Source: Verrucomicrobiota bacterium
Lineage (GTDB): Bacteria > Verrucomicrobiota > Verrucomicrobiia > Chthoniobacterales > JACTMZ01
Reading direction: 5' to 3'
DNA length: 64,000 bases
Assembly (NCBI GenBank): GCA_027624625.1
Contig: JAQBWH010000004.1
Location: forward strand, 16,754-80,753
The notes under the pieces: generated by a model
Databases searched by the model: none
What the model saw: only the letters and a program-made list of their open reading frames with translations
Told to the model about the DNA's origin: nothing
Translations under genes and position numbers: made by a program
Shown here: in pieces, positions 11,808-21,169 of the stretch
Numbering within the stretch: position 1 is the stretch's first letter
Layout of the letters: every line of letters starts with the position of its first letter

Positions 11808-12815
11808 ATGAAGAAAGCACTCATCACAGGAATCACCGGTCAGGATGGCTCCTATTTGGCCGACTTGTTGGTGGCCAAGGGCTATGAAGTCCACGGGATC
11901 ATCCGCCGGGCCAGCACCTTCAACACAGCCCGCATCGATCACCTTTACCAGGACACGCACGTCAATGGAGTGCGACTCTTCCTGCATTACGGCGACCTCG
12001 CGGATTCGGTCAATCTGACCAAGCTTCTCTATAAACTGCAACCCGACGAAGTCTACAACCTCGGGGCACAGAGCCACGTGCGGGTCAGTTTTGATATTCC
12101 CGAATACACGGCCGATGTGACCGGGGTGGGGACGATCAGGATTTTGGAAGCGATCCGTGAGTCGGGTGTCAAGCCGCGCTTTTACCAAGCTTCGAGCAGC
12201 GAGATGTATGGCAAGGTGCAAGAAGTACCGCAAACCGAGACCACGCCGTTCTGGCCGCGCAGTCCTTACGGCTGTGCCAAGATGTTCGGGTATTGGGCGA
12301 CGGTGAACTACCGGGAGAGCTACGGGCTCTTTGCCAGCAACGGCATCCTTTTCAACCACGAAAGTCCGCGCCGCGGCGAGACCTTCGTGACCCGCAAAAT
12401 TTCCCGGGCGGTGGCGGCGATCAAGCTGGGGCGACAAAAGGAGCTTTATTTAGGAAACATGGAGGCCAAGCGGGACTGGGGTTATGCCCCGGAATACGTG
12501 GAGGGGATGTGGCGGATGCTGCAGGCCGACGAACCGGACGACTACGTGCTGGCGACCAACGAAACCCATACGGTTAAAGAATTTGTGCAGGAAGCCTTCG
12601 GGCACGTGGGCTTGGAGTGGGAGAAATACCTCAAGTATGACGCCCGCTACGAGCGCCCCGCGGAGGTCGACCTGCTCATCGGGGATCCAGCCAAGGCCAA
12701 GCGGCAACTCGGCTGGGAACCCAAGGTCCGCTTCAAGGAACTGGTCCAGATCATGGTAGACGCCGATCTGGAAATGCTTGAAGCCAAGGGCCCCGTCCAC
12801 CAAGATCAATACTAA
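11808..12815 (+). CDS. gmd: GDP-mannose 4,6-dehydratase
   Basis: [42 protein letters not shown]. Confidence 0.97.
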   Translation: MKKALITGITGQDGSYLADLLVAKGYEVHGIIRRASTFNTARIDHLYQDTHVNGVRLFLHYGDLADSVNLTKLLYKLQPDEVYNLGAQSHVRVSFDIPEYTADVTGVGTIRILEAIRESGVKPRFYQASSSEMYGKVQEVPQTETTPFWPRSPYGCAKMFGYWATVNYRESYGLFASNGILFNHESPRRGETFVTRKISRAVAAIKLGRQKELYLGNMEAKRDWGYAPEYVEGMWRMLQADEPDDYVLATNETHTVKEFVQEAFGHVGLEWEKYLKYDARYERPAEVDLLIGDPAKAKRQLGWEPKVRFKELVQIMVDADLEMLEAKGPVHQDQY

Positions 12816-12838
12816 CCAAGAGAAGGAACCGAAATTTT

Positions 12839-13102
12839 ATGTCCAGAGTTTGTACCGTTACCGGAGCCAAGCCCAAGCGTGGATCAACCATCCACCGCCG
12901 CGGTATGGCCAAAAAGAAGGGCGGCGTCGGCCGTCACGTCACGGCGAATACACCACGCTTTTTTACCCCGAATCTTCAGGAGAAACGCATTTGGGTTCCC
13001 GAGCTTAAACGCTTCGTGAAGGTCAAACTGACCGCCCGTGCCCTGAAGACAATCAACAAGAACGGGGCTTACGCCACTCTCAAGAAGGCCGGGATCATCT
13101 GA
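12839..13102 (+). CDS. rpmB: 50S ribosomal protein L28
   Basis: MSRVCTVTG...RFFTPNLQEKRIWVPE...ARALKTINK; long form with GMAKKKGGVG insert. Confidence 0.93.
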   Translation: MSRVCTVTGAKPKRGSTIHRRGMAKKKGGVGRHVTANTPRFFTPNLQEKRIWVPELKRFVKVKLTARALKTINKNGAYATLKKAGII

Positions 13103-13144
13103 CCTTCTTGGTTTCCACCAAAAAAAGAAAGGAAAGACACCACC

Positions 13145-13348
13145 ATGGCATTCAGCACAGTCAGCAAAAAAAGCGGTAAAACCTACTTCCTCCACGCACG
13201 TCTCCAGAAGTTGCGCGGCGGACAAGAAGTGACCCTCTATTACTTCGGGGGCGAGCCGAAGGAAGGCGCGATCGACGCACTTCCCGCCGGCTACGAAGTC
13301 TCGGAAAACGAGCGCACTGGCCTGCCGCTCCTGAAGAAAATCCGCTAA
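13145..13348 (+). CDS. Small basic conserved hypothetical protein (67 aa)
   Basis: AAGGAAAG purine-rich RBS, host-like codon usage, followed by a terminator; GKTYFLH...LRGG...YYF...LPAGYEVSENERTGLPLLKK. Confidence 0.8.
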   Translation: MAFSTVSKKSGKTYFLHARLQKLRGGQEVTLYYFGGEPKEGAIDALPAGYEVSENERTGLPLLKKIR

Positions 13349-13369
13349 GTCAGAGATATTTCTCCATCA

Positions 13370-13408
13370 AGGCGGCCCGGCAGCATACGCAGGGTCGCCT
13401 TTTTCTTT
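13370..13408 (+). terminator. Rho-independent terminator after rpmB and the small protein
   Basis: AGGCGGCCC/GGGTCGCCT stem (one G-U pair) followed by TTTTCTTT. Confidence 0.7.
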
Positions 13409-13435
13409 GCCGCCCTTTTTCGCGCCTCCTTTCCC

Positions 13436-14626
13436 TTGCTGAAGAATCCCTTGATCATTGGAGGCGGACTGGTCGGCTTGGCTACGGCTTGGCAATTGTT
13501 GCGGTCAGGGCGCGTCCGAGCCCTCACTTTACTCGAGAAGGAATCCTCGGTCGGGTCCCATCAAAGCACCCACAACAGCGGGGTACTCCACGCCGGGCTT
13601 TATTACCGGCCGGGCTCGCTCAAGGCGCGTTTGGCCGTCGAGGGCATCCGGGCCATGACCGCCTACTGCCGCGAAAAAAACATTCCGCATGAAATCTGCG
13701 GCAAGGTGGTTGTGGCCGTCGACGCCGGCGAAGTCCCACGCTTGCACGAGCTCGAAGCCCGTGGACGGGCCAACGGCCTCACCGGGTTGCGCCGGCTCGA
13801 TCGCGAAGGGTTGCGGGAAATGGAACCGCATGCGGTTGGTGTGGCTGCCTTGCACGTGCCGGAGGAGGGCATTGTTGACTACGCCGCCGTCTGCCAGTCC
13901 CTGCGTGAGGACCTTCTGGTTATGGGCGGCTGCGTGGTGACCGGCGCGGAAGTCACGGGCCTCACCGAGACGCCGGATGGTTGGACGGCCGAAACGCGGG
14001 CCGGCGATTTTTCCGGCGACTTCCTGGTCAACTGCGCTGGCCTGCAGAGCGACCGCGTTTGTCGGTTGACCGGTCTCGACCCAGCTGACCAGATCGTTCC
14101 CTTCCGTGGAGAGTATTACCGGCTCCGCCCCGAGGCGCTGCGCCTCGTGCGCCATCTTATTTATCCGGTGCCCGATCCCAAGTTTCCCTTTCTCGGTGTA
14201 CACTTCACGCGCCTGATCTCCGGCGGCATCGAAGCCGGCCCCAATGCCGTTTTCGCCTTGGCACGCGAGGCCTACCGCAAAACACAGTGGAACGCGCGCG
14301 ATTTGGGCGAGGCCCTCGCTTTTCCCGGGCTGTGGAAATTTCTCGCCCGTCATCCGCGGATGGCGTGGGACGAAGGACGGCGGTCGCTGAGCAAAAGGCT
14401 GTTTTGTCAGTCGCTCCAGCGTCTGGTGCCCGACCTGAAGGAGGAGGACCTTCTGCCCGGCGGTGCCGGTGTGCGCGCCCAGGCGATTTCTCCGGCCGGA
14501 GAATTGGTGCAGGACTTCCGCCTTGTTTCCGGACCGCGGGCCCTTCACGTGGTCAACGCCCCCAGTCCGGCCGCGACGGCCAGCCTTGCCATCGGCCTTG
14601 AGGTGATGGAACGCATTGCAGCGTGA
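13436..14626 (+). CDS. lhgO: L-2-hydroxyglutarate oxidase (FAD-dependent)
   Basis: IIGGGLVG, HQSTHNSGVLHAGLYY.PGSLKA, PFLGVHFT, NAPSPAATASL. Confidence 0.92.
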   Translation: MLKNPLIIGGGLVGLATAWQLLRSGRVRALTLLEKESSVGSHQSTHNSGVLHAGLYYRPGSLKARLAVEGIRAMTAYCREKNIPHEICGKVVVAVDAGEVPRLHELEARGRANGLTGLRRLDREGLREMEPHAVGVAALHVPEEGIVDYAAVCQSLREDLLVMGGCVVTGAEVTGLTETPDGWTAETRAGDFSGDFLVNCAGLQSDRVCRLTGLDPADQIVPFRGEYYRLRPEALRLVRHLIYPVPDPKFPFLGVHFTRLISGGIEAGPNAVFALAREAYRKTQWNARDLGEALAFPGLWKFLARHPRMAWDEGRRSLSKRLFCQSLQRLVPDLKEEDLLPGGAGVRAQAISPAGELVQDFRLVSGPRALHVVNAPSPAATASLAIGLEVMERIAA

Positions 14627-14657
14627 CGAGAGGCTTCCCCATCAATACACTTATCTG

Positions 14658-15728
14658 GTGAAAATTTTGTTGTTTTTGAGCCTGTTGGTTCTCCCGCTGG
14701 CCTCCGTGAGGGGCGAATCGATCGAGTTGCGCGACGGAACAAAAATCGATGGGAAAATTATTTTTGTCAGCAAGGAGAAGGTGCTCATGGAAGTCCAGAC
14801 CAGTCCGGCAATCCGCGAGGAAATGTCCTACCCGCGATCCGAAGTGGCCAAGATCCAGCGCGCCACTCAGGACGATGTCGCTTATGCCGAGGTGGCGGCT
14901 TTTTCGGTCCCGTCCACGGCCGACAACCCCGCGGTCTACGACGCGCCACTGGCAAGGGTGCGCTTCTTCATGAAAAATTACGCCTATAGCAAGCACATGC
15001 CGGAAGCGCGCAAATTGGCCGCGACCTTTGAGACTGATCGTGCGCGCTTGGTCGCCGGTGAGGTCAAGCTCGACGGAGTCTGGTTTGCCGCGGATGCCTC
15101 CCCGGCCGAGCGGACCGAACTCGGCGGCCGGGTGCAGTTGGCCAAGATGAAGGATTCCTCGGATCCGGTGGCCGCCATGTCCGCCTTCGAGGTTCTCGAG
15201 AAAGACCACAACACTTCTTCGGCTTATCCGGAGTCGGTTAAAGTGGCGCGTGATTCTTTGGTCAAACTTCGCGCGGGCCTGGTCCGGGCGCGGGCGGATC
15301 TCGAACGTCGCATCCGTGAGCAAGAACAGGGGCTGAACTTGGCCAGTGAGGATCGTCGCCTGCAGATCGAGCAGGGCATCGCGCAGGAGAAGTCCGCCAT
15401 CCAAGCGCAGATCGAGCGGGTCAAGCAAAGCGGGAGCAAGTGGGTGCCTGTCCTTTCGGACACCAAGGTTCTCGATGATTTATCCAGCCTGGTGAATAGC
15501 GAGGAAACAAGGCTGGCCAAGATCGACACCGCGACCCTTGCTGCCGGGGCGGCCGCAGCGAACGAAGCACAGCGACAACTGGCTGCGGGCAATCTATCCG
15601 CGGCCAAGGCCAATCTCGAGCAGGCGCAGAAACTCTGGTCCCAGCATGTTCTGCTTGCCTCCTTGCAAGAATCGCTCAAAAAAGCCGAAGCCGCCGCCCA
15701 AGGCGGGAACCAGCCACCCCGCCCATGA
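14658..15728 (+). CDS. Secreted helical hypothetical protein (resembles verrucomicrobial PTPDL-type proteins)
   Basis: Signal peptide, then ESIELRDGTKIDGKI beta-hairpin start and a long coiled-coil C-half; overlaps hisB. Confidence 0.65.
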   Translation: MKILLFLSLLVLPLASVRGESIELRDGTKIDGKIIFVSKEKVLMEVQTSPAIREEMSYPRSEVAKIQRATQDDVAYAEVAAFSVPSTADNPAVYDAPLARVRFFMKNYAYSKHMPEARKLAATFETDRARLVAGEVKLDGVWFAADASPAERTELGGRVQLAKMKDSSDPVAAMSAFEVLEKDHNTSSAYPESVKVARDSLVKLRAGLVRARADLERRIREQEQGLNLASEDRRLQIEQGIAQEKSAIQAQIERVKQSGSKWVPVLSDTKVLDDLSSLVNSEETRLAKIDTATLAAGAAAANEAQRQLAAGNLSAAKANLEQAQKLWSQHVLLASLQESLKKAEAAAQGGNQPPRP

Positions 15729-16312
15729 TCCGCTCCGCCAGCGTCAAAAGGAAAACGAAGGAAACCGACATTGAATTGCGTTTCGTCGTCGATGGCACCG
15801 GCAAGGCGGAGATTTCCACCGGAGTGGGCTTCTTTGACCACATGCTCGAGCTTTTCAGCAAACACGGACTCTTTGACCTCGAGCTCAAGGCGAAAGGTGA
15901 TCTCAAGGTCGACGCGCATCACACGGTCGAGGATGTCGGCCTGGCCCTCGGCCAAGCCTTGCGCGAGGCGCTCGGCGACAAGAAGGGGCTTTGCCGTTAC
16001 GGATGGTGTCTCTTGCCGATGGACGACGCGTTGGCCCGCATCGCCCTCGACTGCAGCGGGCGTCCATACCTTGCCTATGAGGCACCGGAGGAAGCGGGGT
16101 CGATCGGGGATTTTCCCTTCCAGCTGCTCGAGGAGTTTTTCCGCGCCTTCTCCGTGCAGGGCGGCCTCAATCTGCATGTCGCCCTGCTCGATGGGCGCGA
16201 CACGCACCATATGGCGGAAGCGGTGTTCAAGGGGGTGGCCCGAGCATTGGACCAAGCCACGCGGATCGATCCGCGGGTCGAGGGTGTGCCCAGCACCAAA
16301 GGACAGCTCTGA
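15725..16312 (+). CDS. hisB: Imidazoleglycerol-phosphate dehydratase
   Basis: RKTKETDI, GFFDHML, DAHHTVEDVG, HHMAEAVFKG, PSTKG. Confidence 0.97.
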   Translation: MIRSASVKRKTKETDIELRFVVDGTGKAEISTGVGFFDHMLELFSKHGLFDLELKAKGDLKVDAHHTVEDVGLALGQALREALGDKKGLCRYGWCLLPMDDALARIALDCSGRPYLAYEAPEEAGSIGDFPFQLLEEFFRAFSVQGGLNLHVALLDGRDTHHMAEAVFKGVARALDQATRIDPRVEGVPSTKGQL

Positions 16313-16315
16313 TCC

Positions 16316-16954
16316 ATGGTTTCTCCGCCACTCGTGGCCATGATCGACTATGGCAGCGGCAACTTGCGCAGCGTGGAGAAAGCGTTGCAACACGCCGGTG
16401 CCGTGGTCAAGCGCTGCGACTCGCCGGCGGGTCTCGAGGACTGTGCGGCGGTCGTGCTTCCCGGGGTGGGGTCCTTCGGTGATTGCGCTTGTAGCCTCGA
16501 GGAGCGCGGGTTGACCGGTCCGTTGCGTGCGTGGTTGGCGGCGGACCGTCCCTACCTCGGGATTTGCCTCGGCTACCAAATTCTTTTCGAGGGCAGCGAG
16601 GAATCTCCCGGAGTTTCCGGCCTCGCCCATTGGGCGGGGCACGTGGTGCGTTTTCCTTCCTTTCCCGGGCTGAAGGTGCCGCACATCGGCTGGAACAATT
16701 TGCTTTTGCGTGCCCCGGACGCGTTCTTCACGGCGCTGATGGATCCGACCTTCGCTTATTTTGTGCACTCCTTTTATCCCCGGCCGGCGGAGGCCGGGAT
16801 GACCACCGCCGCTTCCATCCACGGCGTCGAGTTTGCCGCCGCATGCCGCCGCGGGAAGGTTCGTGGCGTGCAGTTCCACCCGGAAAAAAGCCAGGCCGCC
16901 GGATTGCGCATGTTGGAGAATTTTGTCGCCGAAATTCGCGAGGGAAAATTCTAA
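16316..16954 (+). CDS. hisH: Imidazole glycerol phosphate synthase glutaminase subunit
   Basis: DYGSGNLRSV, LPGVG, GICLG, VPHIGWN, YFVHS, QFHPEKS. Confidence 0.97.
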   Translation: MVSPPLVAMIDYGSGNLRSVEKALQHAGAVVKRCDSPAGLEDCAAVVLPGVGSFGDCACSLEERGLTGPLRAWLAADRPYLGICLGYQILFEGSEESPGVSGLAHWAGHVVRFPSFPGLKVPHIGWNNLLLRAPDAFFTALMDPTFAYFVHSFYPRPAEAGMTTAASIHGVEFAAACRRGKVRGVQFHPEKSQAAGLRMLENFVAEIREGKF

Positions 16955-17679
16955 TGCTTCTTTACCCGGCAATTGATCTGATGGGAGGCCAAGCGGTGCG
17001 TTTGCGCCAAGGGCGGGCCGAGGACAAGACGGTCTACTCCGACGACCCGGTCGGTGTCGCGCTTGAGTGGGTGGCGCGAGGTGGCGACTGGCTTCATGTC
17101 GTAGACCTCGATGCCGCCTTCACGGGCGAACTATCGAATTTGGAACTAGTGCGCCGTATGGCCGGGGCAATCGGCATTCCGGTGCAACTCGGCGGCGGCA
17201 TCCGCGATGAGGCGGCCATCGGCCGCGCCTTAGATGCCGGGGTGGCGCGTGTCGTGGTCGGCACCCGGGCGACAGCGGGAGATAATTTTGTGGCGCACGC
17301 CGTGCAGCGTTTTGGAGGGGATAAAATTGCCGTGGGCATCGATGCCCGCGACGGATTCGTGGCCGTGCGGGGTTGGACCGAGGGCACGAAAATCAAAGCC
17401 CTCGATCTGGCCAAACAGGCAGGCGAATGGGGAGTGGGGGCGGTAATCTATACGGACATCGCCACCGATGGAATGTTGCAAGGGCCTAATATAAATGCTG
17501 TTGCATCAGTGGTAACAGGAAGCAAAGCGCCGGTCATTGCGAGCGGAGGTGTCTCGTCGGCCTCCGATCTTCGCGTCCTGGCTCATATCGAGGGGCTCTC
17601 GGGAGCGATTATCGGCAAGGCGCTCTTTGACGGGCTCATCAAGGGCCATCTGCGAGCCGCGCTGGCTGAGGGAGATTAG
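16954..17679 (+). CDS. hisA: ProFAR isomerase HisA
   Basis: LYPAIDL..GQAVRL.QG, LHVVDLD, GGGIR, TDIATDG; ATG overlaps the hisH stop. Confidence 0.96.
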   Translation: MLLYPAIDLMGGQAVRLRQGRAEDKTVYSDDPVGVALEWVARGGDWLHVVDLDAAFTGELSNLELVRRMAGAIGIPVQLGGGIRDEAAIGRALDAGVARVVVGTRATAGDNFVAHAVQRFGGDKIAVGIDARDGFVAVRGWTEGTKIKALDLAKQAGEWGVGAVIYTDIATDGMLQGPNINAVASVVTGSKAPVIASGGVSSASDLRVLAHIEGLSGAIIGKALFDGLIKGHLRAALAEGD

Positions 17680-17732
17680 TAAGTGGGCAGATTCGCCTTG
17701 ATGTCTGTCTGCACCTCTGATCCCTTCATCGC

Positions 17733-18155
17733 ATGACACGTATTGTGCTCGTCGCTTCGACCCTCGGCCTTGCCGCCGGCTTTTTGGCCGCCTGCTCGCC
17801 GGAGAAACCCCCAACCACCCAACGCAATCGTTATGGTTTTGGTGGCACGCAAACTCTTCCGGAGCAACAGGCGCAAACCGCCGCCGGTTTGCCGCCCTTG
17901 ACCGGTGTGGATTCTAGCGCTGGCCTGACCGATGCGGCCCTGGTCAACCCGATCCCGAATCCCACGCCCGTCCCTTTGCCGCCGCCGGTCAGCTTGCCGA
18001 CGCCTGAAATCTCATACGGCATCCCTGTGCCCGGAAAGCCCGGCTTTGTGACCAGCCCCCACGCCCCACAGGCCGGGTTCGTCGACGTGCGCGGCTTTCC
18101 GCCGGGCACCGAAGTGAAAGATCCTTACACCGGCAGGATTTTCCTCGTTCCCTGA
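17733..18155 (+). CDS. Proline-rich lipoprotein with a small conserved C-terminal domain
   Basis: Lipobox LAAC; Pro-rich linker; C-terminal YGIPVPGKPGFVTSP...VDVRGFPPGTEVKDPYTGRIFLVP. Confidence 0.75.
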   Translation: MTRIVLVASTLGLAAGFLAACSPEKPPTTQRNRYGFGGTQTLPEQQAQTAAGLPPLTGVDSSAGLTDAALVNPIPNPTPVPLPPPVSLPTPEISYGIPVPGKPGFVTSPHAPQAGFVDVRGFPPGTEVKDPYTGRIFLVP

Positions 18156-18209
18156 CGCGGAATTTTCCGGCGTGAGGTTCGCACCTTGACCTGCTAAATC
18201 TTGCAGGTC

Positions 18210-19073
18210 ATGCCGAATCTGCCCGCTTCCATTGCCGTTTTTGGTCCGGGTCTGATGGGCGGATCTCTCCTCATGGCACTGCGTCGGCACAGCCCGCAGA
18301 CCAAACTTGGTGCATGGGCCCGCCGGGCCGTGGCCGTTGAGGAAGTGCGGGCGGGCGGACTCATCGATTTCGGTGGAACGGATGCCGCGAGTGTGGCCGC
18401 CGATTGCGACCTTGCCGTTCTTTGCCTTCCGGTTGATCGGCTCTCGGACGTGGCCGAGGCGATCAAAGATGCCCTTCCGCCGCATGCGGTCATCACCGAT
18501 GTGGGCAGCGTGAAGAAACCCGTGGTCGACCAACTGGAAGCAACATTTGCCCGCAACGGAAATTTTGTCGGCAGCCATCCCATGTGCGGTTCGGAGGCCG
18601 CCGGACTGGCGGCTGCCCATGCGGATCTTTACACCGGTGCGCTGTGTGTCGTCACCCCGACTGCGCGCTCGAGACCGGAGGCCGTGCGCAGTGTCGCCGC
18701 CTTGTGGAGTTCGGTCGGCGCGCGGATTCTCGAGATGGAGCCGACGGAACATGACTGCGCCGCGGCCTCCGTCAGCCATGTTCCCCACTTGATCGCTGCT
18801 TTACTGGTCGAATTGGCCGCTCGCGGCAGCGCGTCCGCGCGGCAACTCTGCGCCGGTGGATTTCGTGATACCACCCGCATCGCTTCGGGCTCGGCCGACC
18901 TTTGGACCGCCATTCTGGAGTCGAACCGTGCCGAGGTGATTGATGCCCTGCGCACTTTTGCCGGTTCGGTTGAAGAAGTCATTGAAGTCATCGAAAAGAA
19001 CGATGTGGCATCGCTCCGTGATCTGCTTGTGCGCGCCGCAGCGAACCGCGCCGAAATGTTATCCGTCCCATAA
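18210..19073 (+). CDS. tyrA: Prephenate/arogenate dehydrogenase
   Basis: GPGLMGGS, TDVGSVK, GSHPMCGSE, HD...SHVPH, GFRDTTRIA. Confidence 0.92.
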   Translation: MPNLPASIAVFGPGLMGGSLLMALRRHSPQTKLGAWARRAVAVEEVRAGGLIDFGGTDAASVAADCDLAVLCLPVDRLSDVAEAIKDALPPHAVITDVGSVKKPVVDQLEATFARNGNFVGSHPMCGSEAAGLAAAHADLYTGALCVVTPTARSRPEAVRSVAALWSSVGARILEMEPTEHDCAAASVSHVPHLIAALLVELAARGSASARQLCAGGFRDTTRIASGSADLWTAILESNRAEVIDALRTFAGSVEEVIEVIEKNDVASLRDLLVRAAANRAEMLSVP

Positions 19074-19075
19074 TC

Positions 19076-20365
19076 GTGGAGATCCGTGTACATCGCGCGC
19101 CGCGCATCGAGGCGGATATCCGCGTTCCCGGAGACAAGAGCATCTCCCATCGCTCCGCCCTGCTCGCCGCGCTCTCCGATGGAATATGCCATTTGGGCAA
19201 CTACCTTCGCGGTGAGGATTGTCTCGGCACATTGCGTGTCCTCCGCCAGTTGGGAGTGGTCATCGAGGAAAAGTCCGATGGCATATTCGCCGTCCGCGGT
19301 TGTGCCGGACGCTTCATCGCTCCGGAGTCCGACTTGGATTGCGGAAATTCAGGAACGACCATGCGCCTGATGGCGGGTTTGCTCGCGGCGCAGCCTTTTC
19401 AATCGCGCCTGACCGGCGATGATTCGCTCTCCCGCCGTCCCATGCGGCGCGTCATAGAGCCATTAGGTCTCATGGGTGCAAGGCTCCGCACCGAGGGAGA
19501 GGGGGATTGCCCACCTCTTGTCATCGAAGGCAGTGTAAGTCTCCAAGGGATGGAATACCGTCTCCCCGTGGCTAGTGCGCAGGTCAAGAGCTGCGTCCTG
19601 CTGGCCGGGCTTCTGGCCGAGGGAAAAACGACGGTCGTCCAGCCGGTCGCCACGCGCGACCATACCGAGCGCATGCTGGAATACTTCGGTGTGCCCGTGG
19701 AGCGAAAGGGTGAGCATATTTCCGTGGTCGGGGGAAATTTGCCGCGGGCGCGGGATTTTCAAGTACCGGGTGACATTTCGAGCGCCGCTTTCTGGTTGGT
19801 TGCCGCCGCGGCGCAGCCGGGGGCTAATGTGGTGGTTCGCGATGTCGGTTTGAACCCCACGCGGGCCGGCCTGCTTGGCATCCTTCTGCGCATGGGTGCC
19901 CGGCTTCGGGAGGAAGAACTCTCCAAAGGACCAGGTGAGCCAGTCGGCAAAATCGAGATCCTCGGTGCATCGCTGCGAGGAACGACGATTGGGGGCAAAG
20001 AAATCCCGAACGTGATCGATGAAATTCCCGTGCTTGCCGTGGCCGGAGCCCTCGCTTCTGGAACGACAACCATCCGTGACGCCGGAGAACTACGGGTCAA
20101 AGAATCCGACCGCCTGGCCGTCGTCGCGCACCACCTCGCCGCGATGGGCGCCGAGGTTATGGAGACCCCTGATGGTCTGATTATTCACGGCGGCCGTCCC
20201 CTGCGCGGGGTTCGGCTGAGCAGCCATGGTGATCATCGCATCGCCATGGCCTTCGCCATGGCCGGCCTTTTTGCCGAAGGAGAGACCGTTATTGAGGACG
20301 CGCAGTGCGTGGAGACATCTTATCCGGGTTTCGCGGAACAATTGCGGCGGATGACCCATGAATAA
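19076..20365 (+). CDS. aroA: 3-phosphoshikimate 1-carboxyvinyltransferase
   Basis: PGDKSISHR, DCGNSGTTMRL, ASAQVKS, ELRVKESDR, DHRIAMA. Confidence 0.97.
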   Translation: MEIRVHRAPRIEADIRVPGDKSISHRSALLAALSDGICHLGNYLRGEDCLGTLRVLRQLGVVIEEKSDGIFAVRGCAGRFIAPESDLDCGNSGTTMRLMAGLLAAQPFQSRLTGDDSLSRRPMRRVIEPLGLMGARLRTEGEGDCPPLVIEGSVSLQGMEYRLPVASAQVKSCVLLAGLLAEGKTTVVQPVATRDHTERMLEYFGVPVERKGEHISVVGGNLPRARDFQVPGDISSAAFWLVAAAAQPGANVVVRDVGLNPTRAGLLGILLRMGARLREEELSKGPGEPVGKIEILGASLRGTTIGGKEIPNVIDEIPVLAVAGALASGTTTIRDAGELRVKESDRLAVVAHHLAAMGAEVMETPDGLIIHGGRPLRGVRLSSHGDHRIAMAFAMAGLFAEGETVIEDAQCVETSYPGFAEQLRRMTHE

Positions 20366-21038
20366 AGCCGATACTTCATCTTCCACGGTAGTTATAGCGA
20401 TTGACGGTCCGGCTGCCTCCGGCAAAAGCACCGTGGCCCGCGCACTCGCCGCCCATCTCGGCTACCGGTTCCTCAATTCCGGAGATCTTTACCGCGCAAT
20501 CACCTGGGGTTGCCTGAGTCACGGCGTCGACTGCCGCGATACCGGTGCGGTCGCCATGGCAGTTGGAAACTCGCATGTGGAAGTTGGGTGTGATGGCACG
20601 GAATACTACCCGATCGTGGACGGCACCGATCCCCGGGTTCATTTGCGTCATGCGGCAGTCAATGCCAACGTTTCACCGGTTTCTGCCGTGCCGGCCGTGC
20701 GCTATATTCTTTCCGCGGCAATCCGCGCCCACGCCCAAGGACGTCGGACGGTCGTCGAGGGGCGAGACATCGGCTCCGCAGTCTTTCCCGAGACTCCTTA
20801 CAAATTCTATATCGACGCACCGGCGCAGGTTCGCCAACGCCGGAGGCGCAACCAGGGTCAGACGGAAGAAATTGCCAAGCGTGACCTGATCGACTCCACC
20901 CGTTCGACCGATCCCCTGACTATTGCCCCCGGTGCCACGGTGATCGACTCGTCGACGTTGGATGTCGAAGGCGTCGTCGCTGCCATGGTGGAAAAACTCC
21001 GTGCTCAAGGATTAGTTTTTGATCGAACCCGCCGATGA
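20358..21038 (+). CDS. cmk: Cytidylate kinase
   Basis: IAIDGPAASGKST, VEGRDIG.AVFP. Confidence 0.94.
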   Translation: MNKADTSSSTVVIAIDGPAASGKSTVARALAAHLGYRFLNSGDLYRAITWGCLSHGVDCRDTGAVAMAVGNSHVEVGCDGTEYYPIVDGTDPRVHLRHAAVNANVSPVSAVPAVRYILSAAIRAHAQGRRTVVEGRDIGSAVFPETPYKFYIDAPAQVRQRRRRNQGQTEEIAKRDLIDSTRSTDPLTIAPGATVIDSSTLDVEGVVAAMVEKLRAQGLVFDRTRR

Positions 21039-21052
21039 AGCGCGCCCGCCAA

Positions 21053-21130
21053 GGTAGGGCGCGGCGTCCCCGACGCGCTGTCCGCAATCCGAGTCAGACC
21101 ACGCGGCCAGTCCGGAGGCCCAGACCTACC
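21053..21130. repeat. GTAG-type REP/REPIN-like palindromic element, copy 1
   Basis: GGTAGGGCGCGGCGTCCCCGACGCGC ... CACGCGGCCAGTCCGGAGGCCCAGACCTACC; near-identical arms recur at 43509-43583. Confidence 0.75.
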
Positions 21131-21169
21131 ACCACTTTCCCCTGTCCCGCCCCGCCATGCAGCAACGAA

